From IMG/VR virus record IMGVR_UViG_3300010429_001251: a stretch of DNA of 37,134 bases. One strand, given 5' to 3'. The position numbers and the translations under genes were made by a program. Shown piece after piece: positions 23,111 through 34,407 of the stretch. This DNA is from a virus. Its lineage: Duplodnaviria; Heunggongvirae; Uroviricota; Caudoviricetes. The notes under the pieces are model-generated. The model was not told where the DNA came from. It worked only from the letters and a program-made list of their open reading frames with translations, and made no database searches. The number at the start of each line of letters is the position of its first letter. Positions within the stretch are counted from its first letter, which is position 1.

Positions 23111-26100
23111 ATGTCAGAAAATTTAGGAAATCTTGGTAATTATGGAGTAGGCATTGAGATTCATCTTGATGCCCTTACTGCTGCATTAGAGAAAATGACA
23201 GAGGCGGTCAATCAGGCCACCTCTGTTATGATATCTTCATTCGATAAAATGTCAGTGAAAGTAGCTAGTTCTACTAAAGTGGCGGCAGATAAAGCGGAAG
23301 AAAATCTTAAAAAAGTCTCAGAAGTTGCTAAACAATTATCTGTAGATTTTGGTAAGCCTTTAGAAAAGGTGAATGAAAATTTACACGATATAGTAGATAA
23401 TTCAAATAAGGTAAAAGAGGCTGTTAAGGGCTCAGAAGTCTCATTTACTCAAGCAACTAAAGCTATTAGAGAAACTGACAAAGAAATTGATGCCCAAAAT
23501 AAACTATTAAAAACTAATCTTGAATTGGTAACTAAACTTAGTAGTCAGGGTGGATTAGGCAGTAGTAAATATCAAAAAATGCTGGCTAATACTGCTCCTA
23601 CAGCTTCTACTAGTATGCCGGATTTAGGGGGAATGTTAGCTAATGCTTTAAACTCTTCTGGGTTAGTTAATGTTGAAACTTATACTAAAAAAGCATCAAA
23701 CGCTGTTAAAGTAGCTGCTATAGATTATCAAAAGGCGGCTGAGCGGATTAAACAAGCTGGTTTAGCTGAAAAGTCTACAATTCAAGAAGTAGTTAAAGCT
23801 TTAGAACTACAGGCTGAAAAAACAAAATTATTAAGTGAAGCTAGCCAAGCTTCTGGATCCTCCATATCTCAATTAAATTCTATGTTTAAAAACCAGGCTG
23901 AGGAAGTACAAAAAAATATAGGATTTTTTGAAAAATTAGGCAAGACAATGTTGACCACATTACGTTATATGCTCGCCTATAAAGCTATAAATATGTTTAC
24001 TAACTCTGTAGGAGAAACTTTTGACCTTTACAAAAATTTAGAACTAACGAATGTACAGTTTAAAGTCTTATTAGGAAATTCACAAGCTGCGACTGCATTA
24101 TTTGATTCCTTAGTTGAATATGCAAGAAATACTGTGTATGAAGTGGATAACGTAACAAAATCAGCTAATATACTGTTAGCCTCCGGATTATCGGCTAAAA
24201 ATATATTACCTGTTATGCAAAAATTAGGCGATTTATCCATGGGTAGTGGAGAAAAGTTGGAGGGGTTATCTCAAGCTTTTGGTAGAGTGGCTCTTAAGGG
24301 TAGAGCTAATATGATGCAGTTAAACCAATTCATATCCAGGGGTATTCCTATAATGGAAGCATTAGCTCAAGTTATGAATAAAACCACAGCTGAAGTTACT
24401 CAAATGAGTAGAAAGAATCAAATTGGTTTTTCTGATATGGCTAAAGCTCTCGACCTACTCACTCAAAAAGGCGGTAGATTTTATGGAATGACGAAAGAAC
24501 AAGGAGGCACTACTGCTGGTATTTTAAACCAGATAGGAGAAAACTCTAAACTAGCTGGAACATCATTATTAAACCTATTTGACCCTGCTATTAAAGTGGT
24601 TTTAAAATCATTATTAGATTTTGTTAACGCTGTAAAATCATCCACTGATTATTTAGTAGCCTACATAAAACAACATCCTAAAGTTATCGAAGCTACTAAG
24701 CTATTTGTAGAAGCTTTGGGAGTTCTTATAGCTACTCTAGTAATAGTGAAAACTCAAGCTTTAGCTGGCATGATAATGTCTCTTAAGAATTTGGCTGTAA
24801 CTATATGGACTGTAACCCTTCCGGCTATAGGAGCTTTTATAGCTTCTATTGGTTGGATACCTGCTCTTATAGCGGTTATAGCGGCATCATTGCCGTTAAT
24901 GTACGCAGCTTGGAAGAATAATTTTGGTAATATTCAAAATATAATAAAAGATGCGGGGCAAGTTCTTTACGACTTTGGACAAATACTCTGGGGTGTAGCT
25001 ACTCATGATTTTGATAAGATGAAAGAGGGCTATAACTCTTTAATGTGGGATGCTAATACCTTTGCAGATGACGCTTCTAGTGGGGCTGAGAAGGTTAAAA
25101 AATCCTTTAAAGGTTTGTTTGATGAGTTTAAAAAAGGTACTAAATTAGCCGCTCCTACGATACCGGATGCTAAGGGGTTAAATTTAGCTGAAATTGAAGA
25201 TGCTACTGGAGACGCTGGGGGTAGGGGTAAAAGAAATGCCTCATCCCTGACCTTTGACAAAACAGTAGAAAACATAAAAGAAGAATTACGTAAAAAACAT
25301 CAAGCTGCAATTGATGCTCTTGAGATAGCTGAAAAGACAGCCAATGAAGAAGATATAATACGTAAAAAGCTAATAGCCGACGGTATCTCAGAGTATAGTG
25401 ACTATTTTAAACAGCTATTATCCTTAATAATGGATAAAAAGAAAAAAGAGCAAGAGTTAGAAAAAGAAGCAGAAGAATTAAAAGTTTCTGAAACTAATAA
25501 AATTAACACAGAAGCTGAATTTAAAATTAGACAAATAAAAGAATCTAATCTAAAAAATCAAGCTGCGGCTATTGCCGAAATTGAAAAAAATAAAGCATTA
25601 GCTATCAAAAATACTGAAAAAACTATCTATAATAATTTACTAACTGAGAAAGAGGCTTTAAACAGCGCTCACTTGGCTAAAGTAGAGAGAATGAAAAAGG
25701 AGAGTAATAAAAAGATTGCTCAGGAAGAGCTTGATTTACAAATAAAGATAGATAGTATGAAGCTCAATAATGAAATAGACACTATTGAGAGTATAAATAA
25801 TTTTGCATTAGCTCGTGGAGCTATAACTCAGCAAGAGTTTTTACGTAGGGATTTAGAACTTCAAAAGAAACGCCAAGAACTGGCTTTATTAGAACCTACT
25901 AAAAGAATGGAAAATATTGAAAAAATAGATCCTAATTATAAAAACAATATTACTTATAAAAACCTAGAAGCAGAAAAGTCTAACATTACTCAACAAGAGG
26001 GCTTAAAAACTAAACAAATTGAACAGCAAATTTTATTAGAGCGTGATAGAAATTATAAAGAATTTTTTAATTCTATTAATGGTAGTTTTTCACAATCCAT

Positions 26101-27034
26101 AGGTAACTTTATAGCTGGTACTGAATATTGGACAGATACCGTAAGTAATTTATTCGGAAATTTACAACAAGCCTTCGCCAATCTTATAGCTAATATGATA
26201 AAAGATTGGATAGTAGGTCACGTTACTATGGATGCAATAACTTCATTCTTTACGGGTAAAAAGATAGCGGGCAATGCGGCTATAACAGCGAGTAATGCTG
26301 CTGTTACCAGTAGTAACGCTGCTGTGGCTGCCAGTGAAGCTGTAATAGGCTCCGCAGCAAGTGTCAGTAAGGAAGGTTTATCTGAATTAACTAAACAAAT
26401 GTGGGAATTAGCCGCAAGTAGTTTAATTTTAGCAGTTACTATGCCGCTGATAGCCATATCTACTCTAGTAATGGGATTATCTGCAATGATGGCTGCTCTA
26501 GGTATGTGGTTACTTGCAGGCGCTATGTCTACTTTGGTTCCATTATCCCTAATTTTTGTACCATTCGCTATATTAATGGCTGCTGAATTTGCCGTGATAG
26601 GTGTGGCGGCAGGTGTATTAGCTGTAATGACTATGATGGCAGCGGTTGCTTTCAAGGCGTTAGCGGTAGCCGCAGCAGCAGCGTCAGCAGCTATGATTCC
26701 ATTCGTTGGTTGGGCCATTGCACCCGCCGCTGCGATTGCAACGGGTGCTGCGATTTCTCTGGGGGCTCGTGTACCCGGATTTGACAAAGGTGCTATGCAA
26801 ATACCTAAAGATATGGTAGCGCAACTTCACCAGGATGAAACGGTTCTTCCAAAACCTTTCGCAGATGATTTTAGAGCCTCTTTAAAAGGTCAGGGTAATA
26901 AGAAACAACAAAAACAAACAGTTATAAATATGACGGTTAATGCTTTAGATGCTAAATCGTTTGAAAATAAAATAGATGATATGACCGATAGAATCGCTTA
27001 TAATTTAGGTAAAAGAGATAGAAGGTTTGTATAA
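23111..27034 (+). CDS. Tape measure protein (1307 aa)
   Basis: Tape-measure domain LELTNVQFKVLLGNSQAATALF..., coiled coils, hydrophobic C-terminus ending AQLHQDETVLPKPFAD. Confidence 0.93.
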   Translation: MSENLGNLGNYGVGIEIHLDALTAALEKMTEAVNQATSVMISSFDKMSVKVASSTKVAADKAEENLKKVSEVAKQLSVDFGKPLEKVNENLHDIVDNSNKVKEAVKGSEVSFTQATKAIRETDKEIDAQNKLLKTNLELVTKLSSQGGLGSSKYQKMLANTAPTASTSMPDLGGMLANALNSSGLVNVETYTKKASNAVKVAAIDYQKAAERIKQAGLAEKSTIQEVVKALELQAEKTKLLSEASQASGSSISQLNSMFKNQAEEVQKNIGFFEKLGKTMLTTLRYMLAYKAINMFTNSVGETFDLYKNLELTNVQFKVLLGNSQAATALFDSLVEYARNTVYEVDNVTKSANILLASGLSAKNILPVMQKLGDLSMGSGEKLEGLSQAFGRVALKGRANMMQLNQFISRGIPIMEALAQVMNKTTAEVTQMSRKNQIGFSDMAKALDLLTQKGGRFYGMTKEQGGTTAGILNQIGENSKLAGTSLLNLFDPAIKVVLKSLLDFVNAVKSSTDYLVAYIKQHPKVIEATKLFVEALGVLIATLVIVKTQALAGMIMSLKNLAVTIWTVTLPAIGAFIASIGWIPALIAVIAASLPLMYAAWKNNFGNIQNIIKDAGQVLYDFGQILWGVATHDFDKMKEGYNSLMWDANTFADDASSGAEKVKKSFKGLFDEFKKGTKLAAPTIPDAKGLNLAEIEDATGDAGGRGKRNASSLTFDKTVENIKEELRKKHQAAIDALEIAEKTANEEDIIRKKLIADGISEYSDYFKQLLSLIMDKKKKEQELEKEAEELKVSETNKINTEAEFKIRQIKESNLKNQAAAIAEIEKNKALAIKNTEKTIYNNLLTEKEALNSAHLAKVERMKKESNKKIAQEELDLQIKIDSMKLNNEIDTIESINNFALARGAITQQEFLRRDLELQKKRQELALLEPTKRMENIEKIDPNYKNNITYKNLEAEKSNITQQEGLKTKQIEQQILLERDRNYKEFFNSINGSFSQSIGNFIAGTEYWTDTVSNLFGNLQQAFANLIANMIKDWIVGHVTMDAITSFFTGKKIAGNAAITASNAAVTSSNAAVAASEAVIGSAASVSKEGLSELTKQMWELAASSLILAVTMPLIAISTLVMGLSAMMAALGMWLLAGAMSTLVPLSLIFVPFAILMAAEFAVIGVAAGVLAVMTMMAAVAFKALAVAAAAASAAMIPFVGWAIAPAAAIATGAAISLGARVPGFDKGAMQIPKDMVAQLHQDETVLPKPFADDFRASLKGQGNKKQQKQTVINMTVNALDAKSFENKIDDMTDRIAYNLGKRDRRFV

Positions 27035-27642
27035 TGTCACAGTTGGTTTTTCCAACATTACAGGGTAAAACTTGGAATATAATTAAAACACCGCAATGGA
27101 ATACAATTAAATCCACTGCTCAAAGTGGTATGGAAAATAGAATAAAACTCTGGAGCTACCCTAAGTATCAAATAGATCTAGAGTATTCATTTTTAACAAC
27201 TAAGCTGTATTCTGGTTCTCTTACAGCTAATGATCTTGAAAATATTATAAGTTTTTATAACAGTGTCGGTGGATCTTACGATGACTTTTTATACCTGGAT
27301 CCTCAAGAAAATTCAGTATCAGATCAACTAATAGGAGTAGCTAATAATTCAGCTACTCAATTCCAATTAAAAAGAAGTGTAGGTACATGGTCAGAGCCTG
27401 TATTTGGTTATTATAATACTCCGACTATAAAAGTGAATGGGGTTACAGTAAGTCCTGATGACTATACCTTATCTGATACTGGTTTAGTTACTTTTGATAC
27501 AGCTCCTGTGAGTGGGAATATTACTTGGACAGGAAATTATTATTTCAGATGCAGATTTTTAGAAGATAAAGCAGACTTTAAACAGTTTGCTTATAATCTT
27601 TATAGTTGTGAGCAATTAAGTTTAATTACGGTAAAAATATGA
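27034..27642 (+). CDS. Distal tail protein, DUF2460-like
   Basis: AQSGMENRIKLWSYPKYQ, FYNSVGGSYDDFLYLDP, TFDTAP...TWTGNYYFRCRF. Confidence 0.85.
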   Translation: MSQLVFPTLQGKTWNIIKTPQWNTIKSTAQSGMENRIKLWSYPKYQIDLEYSFLTTKLYSGSLTANDLENIISFYNSVGGSYDDFLYLDPQENSVSDQLIGVANNSATQFQLKRSVGTWSEPVFGYYNTPTIKVNGVTVSPDDYTLSDTGLVTFDTAPVSGNITWTGNYYFRCRFLEDKADFKQFAYNLYSCEQLSLITVKI

Positions 27643-28493
27643 AAACAGCAAGTCCTGAATTAGTAGCATTGTTAGCCTCAAATAGGCATTTTACAGTTTG
27701 TGATCTCTATACAATTGTTTTAACAAATGGAACAACTCTAAGACACACAAGCGCCGATATTAACGTGAATTATGGCGGTCATGTTTATTCTAAAAGTTTG
27801 AAAATAGATAGACAGGATATGAAGTTCGATAACGGAATAAGCGTAGATACCCTAAGAATGACCATTAGACCAAGTGAGTCCGACTTAGTTGGAACTATAC
27901 CTATGTTACAGGCTTTTAGAAATGGAACTTTCGATGGAGCCATTTTACAAATAGATAAAGCTTTTTTCACAAGTTGGGAAACAGCTCCATTGGTTTTAGA
28001 AAAATTATTTTTAGGAAAACTAGATGTTGAAGAAATAAATAGACACGAAGTATCTTTAGAAATTAAATCAATGACAGAGCTTCTAAATATAGACGTTCCT
28101 AAGGTAGTTTATCAGTCTAACTGTCCTTGGGTTCTGTATGATTCCCAAACATGTAAAGCTGATAAATCAGCAAATACGTTCTCAGGAACTATTCAAAATG
28201 GTTCAGATAAAACTACCTTAGTATGTAATCTAGCTCAAGCAAACGGTTATTTTGACCAAGGCGTTATTTTATTCAATTCAGGCGCTAATTTAAATGTTAA
28301 AAGAACTATAAAAGCATATACTACTGGAAATATTGTTTTAGTAACTCCATTGCTGTATAATCCGGTATTAGGAGATACATTTGTAGTATACAGAGGCTGC
28401 AACCGTAGTTTAACAGACTGCGCTAATAAATTTAGTAATTCGGTTAATTTTGGCGGAAAGCCTTATATACCAGTAACAGAAACGGTGTATTAA
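27639..28493 (+). CDS. Tail hub protein, DUF2163/BR0599-like with conserved Cys
   Basis: YQSNCPWVLYDSQTC...RGCNRSLTDCANKFSNSVNFGGKPYIP. Confidence 0.88.
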   Translation: MKTASPELVALLASNRHFTVCDLYTIVLTNGTTLRHTSADINVNYGGHVYSKSLKIDRQDMKFDNGISVDTLRMTIRPSESDLVGTIPMLQAFRNGTFDGAILQIDKAFFTSWETAPLVLEKLFLGKLDVEEINRHEVSLEIKSMTELLNIDVPKVVYQSNCPWVLYDSQTCKADKSANTFSGTIQNGSDKTTLVCNLAQANGYFDQGVILFNSGANLNVKRTIKAYTTGNIVLVTPLLYNPVLGDTFVVYRGCNRSLTDCANKFSNSVNFGGKPYIPVTETVY

Positions 28494-28948
28494 TGTTAGA
28501 TAAAGATTATATTTTAACACACGAGGATGAATTAAGAGAGGCTGTAATTGTAGAGGCTCGTAAGTGGTTAGGAGCCAATTATCACGTTATGGCTCAATTA
28601 AAATATAAAGCCTGCGATTGTATGACCCTCCTAATAGAAGTTTTTTCTGCTGTTGGCTTAATAGATTGGTTTAAAGCCCCTCATTACTCACCTGATTTTT
28701 TATTTCATAGAAGAGATGAAGTTTACTTAAATGGTCTTCTTGAAAGAAGTAGAAGAACAAATAAGTACGATAAGGGAAATATAATATTATATAAAATGGG
28801 AAGAATAGTTAGTCACTCGGCTATAATAGTTGATTATCCTCTTATAATACACGCCGCTGTTGAAAAAGGATGTATTTTAGATGATGCTGAGCAATCTTTT
28901 CTCAAAGATCATGAATTTTGTAAAATGTCATTATGGGAAGATAAATAA
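28493..28948 (+). CDS. NlpC/P60 tail-associated peptidase
   Basis: EARKWLGANYH...ACDCMTL...SHSAII...IIHA. Confidence 0.85.
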   Translation: MLDKDYILTHEDELREAVIVEARKWLGANYHVMAQLKYKACDCMTLLIEVFSAVGLIDWFKAPHYSPDFLFHRRDEVYLNGLLERSRRTNKYDKGNIILYKMGRIVSHSAIIVDYPLIIHAAVEKGCILDDAEQSFLKDHEFCKMSLWEDK

Positions 28949-31900
28949 TGGGCGGTTTATTTAAAAAGAAAAAAACTGAAGAGCCTATATCGAGAGAGGG
29001 GAATAGAGTTAATTCCCTTCAAATACAGCAATCCACCTATGGAGCCACTATACCCGTAGTTTACGGCACAACCAGAGTCGCCGGAAATATTATAGACTAT
29101 GTAGACTTTACCCCAATAGCTCATACTAAAGTTACACAGCAAGCTGGAGGCGGCGGGGGCGGAAAAGGCGGCGGGGGCGGTAGTTCTACGGTAAGTGAAA
29201 CAACCTACACATATAGAGCTAGATTTGTAATAGGCTTATGTATGGGAGCTATAGCTGGAATTGATAAAGTTTGGAAAGATAAAGAAGTAGTAACTTTATC
29301 TTCTTTAGGTTTGAGTTTCTTTCCAGGAAATACTTCACAATCTCCTTGGGGGGAGATGTTAACTAAGCATCCAGAAAGAGCTTTAAACTATAAATCATTA
29401 GCATACGTTGCCGGCAATTTAGACTTAGGAGATAACCCTTCATCCCCTAACTTTAACTTTGAGATTCAAGGAAAATTTATAATAGGTGGTGGAAAAAAAG
29501 ATGCTAACCCGAAAGATGTAATATACGATCTATTAACCAACACCGTTCATGGATCCGGATTTCCTCAAGCTTATATTGACGATTTATCCGATTTTTCAAA
29601 TTATTGTATAGCTAATGGATTCTTCATATCGCCAGTTTATGCTGAGCAGCAGCCTGCTCATCAAAGATTGAGTGACTTGGCTATAGCTACAAACTCGGCG
29701 TTTGTTTGGTCTCAAGGTAAATTAAAATTAGTACCGTTTGGAGATAAGGCAGTCACTGGAAATGATATAGTTTGGAGTCCTGATTTAGCTCCTGTTTATA
29801 ATCTCACTGAAGATGATTTTCTTGAAACTCCTATGGTATGTAAAAGATCAATTCAAGCCGATGTCTACAACTCGATAAAATTAGAATTTTTAAACAGAGA
29901 ACATAGCTATAACGTTGAAATAGTAGAAGTAAAAGATCAAGGTAATATCGAACTTTATGGAGAAAGACCCCGTACCCCTATAAAAGCTCATATGATTTGT
30001 GATCCACTAATTGCTAAAAAAGTGGCTCAAACTTTATTAGATAGAAGCGTGTCCTATAGAAACAGATACACATTTAAACTACCTATAAAATATATCTTAT
30101 TAGAGCCAATGGATGTGGTAACTATTACTGATAACGTTTTAGGGTTAGATCAGGAATTAGTTAGAATTTTATCTATTAAAGAAAGCGGTTCAGATGAGTT
30201 AGAGGTAGAAGTTGAGGAAATGCAGTTAGGGTCTGCTACAGCGGCTCTTTATGATAACCAAAACACGGATAGAACACAAATAGACTATAACGCAGATCCT
30301 GGGGATGTTAATCCAGTTATAGTATTCGAGCCTCCTTTTGAATTATGTCAAACAGAGTTACAGGCTTGGATCGGTGTTTCAGGATCCAATGAATTTTGGG
30401 GCGGTGCTGAATTATGGATATCTGAGGATGATATTACATATAAACGTATTGGAAATATACTAAACCCCATAAGACAAGGTGTTACAACCGCTGAATGTCC
30501 GTTCTTTTCAGGAGATCCTGATACGACAAGTACCCTATCCGTGGATATGACAAGTAGCCAAGCAGTGTTATTATCAGGTACTCAGACTGACGTAGATAAC
30601 TGGAATACATTATGCTACATGAATGGAGAATTCTTTGCATACAGGGATGCAACACTAACAGATGATTTCCAATACGACATAACTTATTTTCATAGAGGAT
30701 TATATAAAACTATAGTCCAAACACACGCAGTAGGTAGCGATTTTGTTAGGGTAGATAGTACAACATTCTTCAAATATAATTTTAGAAAAGAAGATATAGG
30801 TAAAAATATATACGTAAAAGCAGCATCCTTTAACGTATTTAATAACGCTGTTCAAGATTTATCAGAATTAACTCCCACAGTTTATAGACTAGCTGGAACA
30901 TCATTATCCAGTGTAGATATAGTAACTGTAGGAGATGTGGCTAACGATTTATCATCGGATGCATCTGTTAAAATACAAAAATATATAGACGATGCAAGCA
31001 TAGCTGCAAAATCGAGCCAAAATAGATCAGTTGTAATTGTTAGGGTTCCGGAAGGGGATTTTAGGTGTAATAATCAGATAACTGTAAAGCCTAATGTTTC
31101 TTTAAGAGTAGACGGCATGTTGCATAATTATATGTCCAATATTTATAATCCATTAATTATATTCCAAGCCGGCAGCCATTGTGATAAATTACAAATTTGG
31201 GGTAATGGTAAATCTGGAGTAGTATTTGGAGAAACTGGAGAGTATTGCGATATGCAAATAGGAGATGTACGTCTCTTAAATATAGGTGAGCAGTATTCAG
31301 GGCAACCTCAAATTGGAGTTAAATTTACAGGCTATAATTTTACTTGCGACTCTATAGACGTTGATGGCGGAAATGTTGGTGTAGATTTTAATACCTGTTC
31401 TGATGTAAGGATAGATAAAATAATATCCTTTACAGCTTCAACAGCAATACGAATTACATCCGCATGTGAGCATATATTTGTATCTCAGCTAGACATAGAC
31501 ACAGCCAATTATTTAGCTATGCAGATTGATACGTGTAATGATATAGAACTTCCATCTGTAACCATATTTAACAATGATAATGAGGGAGGAGCTTTAACCT
31601 CTGGTTACGCCATAAAAGTTGGACAATACTCCGCAGCTGATATAGTTGAAAATATTAGAATGAATGCTCGAATTACGAATACAGGCGGAACTGCTGTTTA
31701 TTTATCTAATATAGATGACGCTAAATTAGATTTTCAAATTAATAACGGAAATTTATATACAGGAAACACACACCCTATAGCTAATGGCATTGAATATGGA
31801 ACTGGTATTGGAGATTCTGTTCATATAACTGCTGAAATAGAAGTAGCAACCAGCAAAATTGTGGGTAATATAACAGGACGGCTAACTGTTCACGACAATA

Positions 31901-34404
31901 ATAAGACATATGAGAACAAAACTTATAAATACTTTGGCAAGAATACAGACAGCACTTACGATCTTCAAAAATTCTTAGATATTTTAGGAGGCGGGCATGT
32001 TGATGTTATAGCAGAACAGGATTATATTTATTTTAACGGTTCTTTGGATGTACCTTCAAATACTCACTTACATTTTAAATCCCCTGTTAAATTAGGATCT
32101 TATGGTCAGTTAAGAATTTATGGAAGTTTTTATGAATATCCTGACAACAACTTACCTAAAATTAGGCAAGATTTAACTGTAGGTGCTACAAGAATATATT
32201 GCGGCAGTCAAGCCGAATCATTAGCAAGTAATTATGCCGTAGGTAATAAGATTATTATAAGAGGTTTATCTGACGGAAATGGTAGAGCTATTGAGTATCA
32301 AGAATGTACAGTTACCGCTGTTAGCGCTGGTGGAAACTATATTGATGTGGCTGAACCACTGGAATATGCTTTTAAAATTCAATATCCCAATGGCGATTTT
32401 TATAATAATTATGGAGTAGTAGATTACACCTTCATAACTATAACAACATTTACTAAGCTAACAGGCAATGCTTCTCGTGGAGCTACTACAATAGCAGTAA
32501 CTTCAACATCTGGATTTGCTGTAGATGACTATGTATTTTTTGGAGATGGTAAAACCCCCGCAGCAATTGCCGGAACTTCAAACAATACCTATAGGCATGA
32601 AGTTAATAAAATAATAGCCATAAATAGCTTAACTATAACTTTAGAAAATGCGCTAAGTCATGATTATGAAACTTCTTATAATGCCTATATTATGAAAATG
32701 AATATGGCTGAAAATGCTAGTATAGATGGAGCTATTGTAAACTATTCAGCAGAACCCTATGAATTTACAACAAATGCGTTTACTATAGCCTATGCTAAAA
32801 ATTGCTGGATAAGCAATTGCGTAGTTGAAAATAAAGGAACTTACAAAAGCAAAGGGCACGGCTTCAGAATTGATAGGGCTATAAATTGTCATACATATAA
32901 CTGCGCTGTTTACCCTCCGGGGTTTGTTGACGCCGCTGAGGGGTACGGGTTCACGTTTTATAGGTGTAATCACTGCTCGCATACTAACGCATATGCTAGG
33001 GGATGTAGACACTCATTCTTATTTTTTAGAGGCGCAAGTTTTAATAGATTTAATAATGTTACTTCTATTGATTGTCGTAAATCCGATATTGATTTTCACG
33101 GCGGGGACGAGTATGGAAATATAGTTGATGGTTTTACTATTGTTGGAGGAGATTCAACTCAAATAGTTGGAACAATGATTGAAGCTATTAAATTTGGAAA
33201 TGAGAGCCACGTAGTAGGCGGTTATAATAATGTTGTTAAAAATGGAATAATTTCTGACTTTAAAGGTTACGGAATAACTTTTATACCACTATCTGCTAAT
33301 AATATAGTAGAAAATGTAGTATTTAGAAATATTGATAGGTTTGTTAGGGTGGTAGATTCCCCAGCCAGCGGTTCTTTAACGGTCAATGATAACGTGATTA
33401 GAAGTTGTTTTGTAGACAGCGTTGTCACAGATTTAGGGAATATAGATTCCACATCTAGTGGAGGAAGCGGACAAATAGTAGAAGGCCTGGTAATTGAGAA
33501 ATGTACCTTTAAAAATATAGCTACCTATTTTAAAGTATTTAAAAATACACTAAATTGTAGAATAATAAATAATACTTTCTTGGACGGAGTTAACAATGCT
33601 ACTGATCCTTGGATTTTAAAAGCCGTTAATGCCGATAACTTGGTGGTAAAAAACAACTACATAGAAAAAGGCACACGTTTTGTATCTATTCAAGATTGCA
33701 GCGGTTTTAAATGTAAAGATAATACTTTAAAAGACTTTTACGATACTATTGTTTTAGATGATGTTTCTAATAATGATTTCTATGAATTTGATTATAATGA
33801 GTTTATAGGCTTTGATGAAACCTACGCTGCAACTGGTGGAGGTTCTACGGTTGGTAATATTACAAATAAACATCAAGCCCACATGGAAGCATTTGTTTCT
33901 ACTAAACCCTTTCCTATCAATATCACCACCGTGCTTCCTGGGGATAATACAACCCCACTAATCTCAGAAGGCGATGAGATAATTGATTGGCAATACATAC
34001 CTAAAAATGCCAGATGTAAATTAAGGATTGAAGTTTATGTACCTGCGGTTTATTGTAGTAATACCACTACTGGAATGTCTTTAGCATTATTTAAAGATTC
34101 AACCTGTATAGCAGCTAATCTTATAAGAATCCCCACATCTGGAGCAAGTAACGCTATGCCCCTAAGTATTTCAGCTATAGTAGATATAACAAGTAAAACC
34201 CCTATTTCACTAAAAGCTAGATTAGGTCCTAAAGATAGTACAGGAAGCCCTATAATAGTCGTGGGTGACAGATTTAACGGTTTAGCTAAGCCTATGTTTA
34301 TTGTACAAGAAATAGCTTCAGGCTTTGAATCAGATCTAATTTTACAGGAAGATTTATCCGGGTTTGAATTAAATGAAGATAATGGATACACAAGATTGGA
34401 GTAA
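28948..34404 (+). CDS. Central tail fibre/tip protein (J-like) with tandem right-handed beta-helix regions
   Basis: QQSTYGATIPVVYGTTRVAGNII N-terminus; J-like core to about aa 650; pectate-lyase-like repeats beyond (VRVPEGDFRCNNQITV, ARGCRHS, DIDFHGG). Confidence 0.9.
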   Translation: MGGLFKKKKTEEPISREGNRVNSLQIQQSTYGATIPVVYGTTRVAGNIIDYVDFTPIAHTKVTQQAGGGGGGKGGGGGSSTVSETTYTYRARFVIGLCMGAIAGIDKVWKDKEVVTLSSLGLSFFPGNTSQSPWGEMLTKHPERALNYKSLAYVAGNLDLGDNPSSPNFNFEIQGKFIIGGGKKDANPKDVIYDLLTNTVHGSGFPQAYIDDLSDFSNYCIANGFFISPVYAEQQPAHQRLSDLAIATNSAFVWSQGKLKLVPFGDKAVTGNDIVWSPDLAPVYNLTEDDFLETPMVCKRSIQADVYNSIKLEFLNREHSYNVEIVEVKDQGNIELYGERPRTPIKAHMICDPLIAKKVAQTLLDRSVSYRNRYTFKLPIKYILLEPMDVVTITDNVLGLDQELVRILSIKESGSDELEVEVEEMQLGSATAALYDNQNTDRTQIDYNADPGDVNPVIVFEPPFELCQTELQAWIGVSGSNEFWGGAELWISEDDITYKRIGNILNPIRQGVTTAECPFFSGDPDTTSTLSVDMTSSQAVLLSGTQTDVDNWNTLCYMNGEFFAYRDATLTDDFQYDITYFHRGLYKTIVQTHAVGSDFVRVDSTTFFKYNFRKEDIGKNIYVKAASFNVFNNAVQDLSELTPTVYRLAGTSLSSVDIVTVGDVANDLSSDASVKIQKYIDDASIAAKSSQNRSVVIVRVPEGDFRCNNQITVKPNVSLRVDGMLHNYMSNIYNPLIIFQAGSHCDKLQIWGNGKSGVVFGETGEYCDMQIGDVRLLNIGEQYSGQPQIGVKFTGYNFTCDSIDVDGGNVGVDFNTCSDVRIDKIISFTASTAIRITSACEHIFVSQLDIDTANYLAMQIDTCNDIELPSVTIFNNDNEGGALTSGYAIKVGQYSAADIVENIRMNARITNTGGTAVYLSNIDDAKLDFQINNGNLYTGNTHPIANGIEYGTGIGDSVHITAEIEVATSKIVGNITGRLTVHDNNKTYENKTYKYFGKNTDSTYDLQKFLDILGGGHVDVIAEQDYIYFNGSLDVPSNTHLHFKSPVKLGSYGQLRIYGSFYEYPDNNLPKIRQDLTVGATRIYCGSQAESLASNYAVGNKIIIRGLSDGNGRAIEYQECTVTAVSAGGNYIDVAEPLEYAFKIQYPNGDFYNNYGVVDYTFITITTFTKLTGNASRGATTIAVTSTSGFAVDDYVFFGDGKTPAAIAGTSNNTYRHEVNKIIAINSLTITLENALSHDYETSYNAYIMKMNMAENASIDGAIVNYSAEPYEFTTNAFTIAYAKNCWISNCVVENKGTYKSKGHGFRIDRAINCHTYNCAVYPPGFVDAAEGYGFTFYRCNHCSHTNAYARGCRHSFLFFRGASFNRFNNVTSIDCRKSDIDFHGGDEYGNIVDGFTIVGGDSTQIVGTMIEAIKFGNESHVVGGYNNVVKNGIISDFKGYGITFIPLSANNIVENVVFRNIDRFVRVVDSPASGSLTVNDNVIRSCFVDSVVTDLGNIDSTSSGGSGQIVEGLVIEKCTFKNIATYFKVFKNTLNCRIINNTFLDGVNNATDPWILKAVNADNLVVKNNYIEKGTRFVSIQDCSGFKCKDNTLKDFYDTIVLDDVSNNDFYEFDYNEFIGFDETYAATGGGSTVGNITNKHQAHMEAFVSTKPFPINITTVLPGDNTTPLISEGDEIIDWQYIPKNARCKLRIEVYVPAVYCSNTTTGMSLALFKDSTCIAANLIRIPTSGASNAMPLSISAIVDITSKTPISLKARLGPKDSTGSPIIVVGDRFNGLAKPMFIVQEIASGFESDLILQEDLSGFELNEDNGYTRLE

Positions 34405-34407
34405 TAT

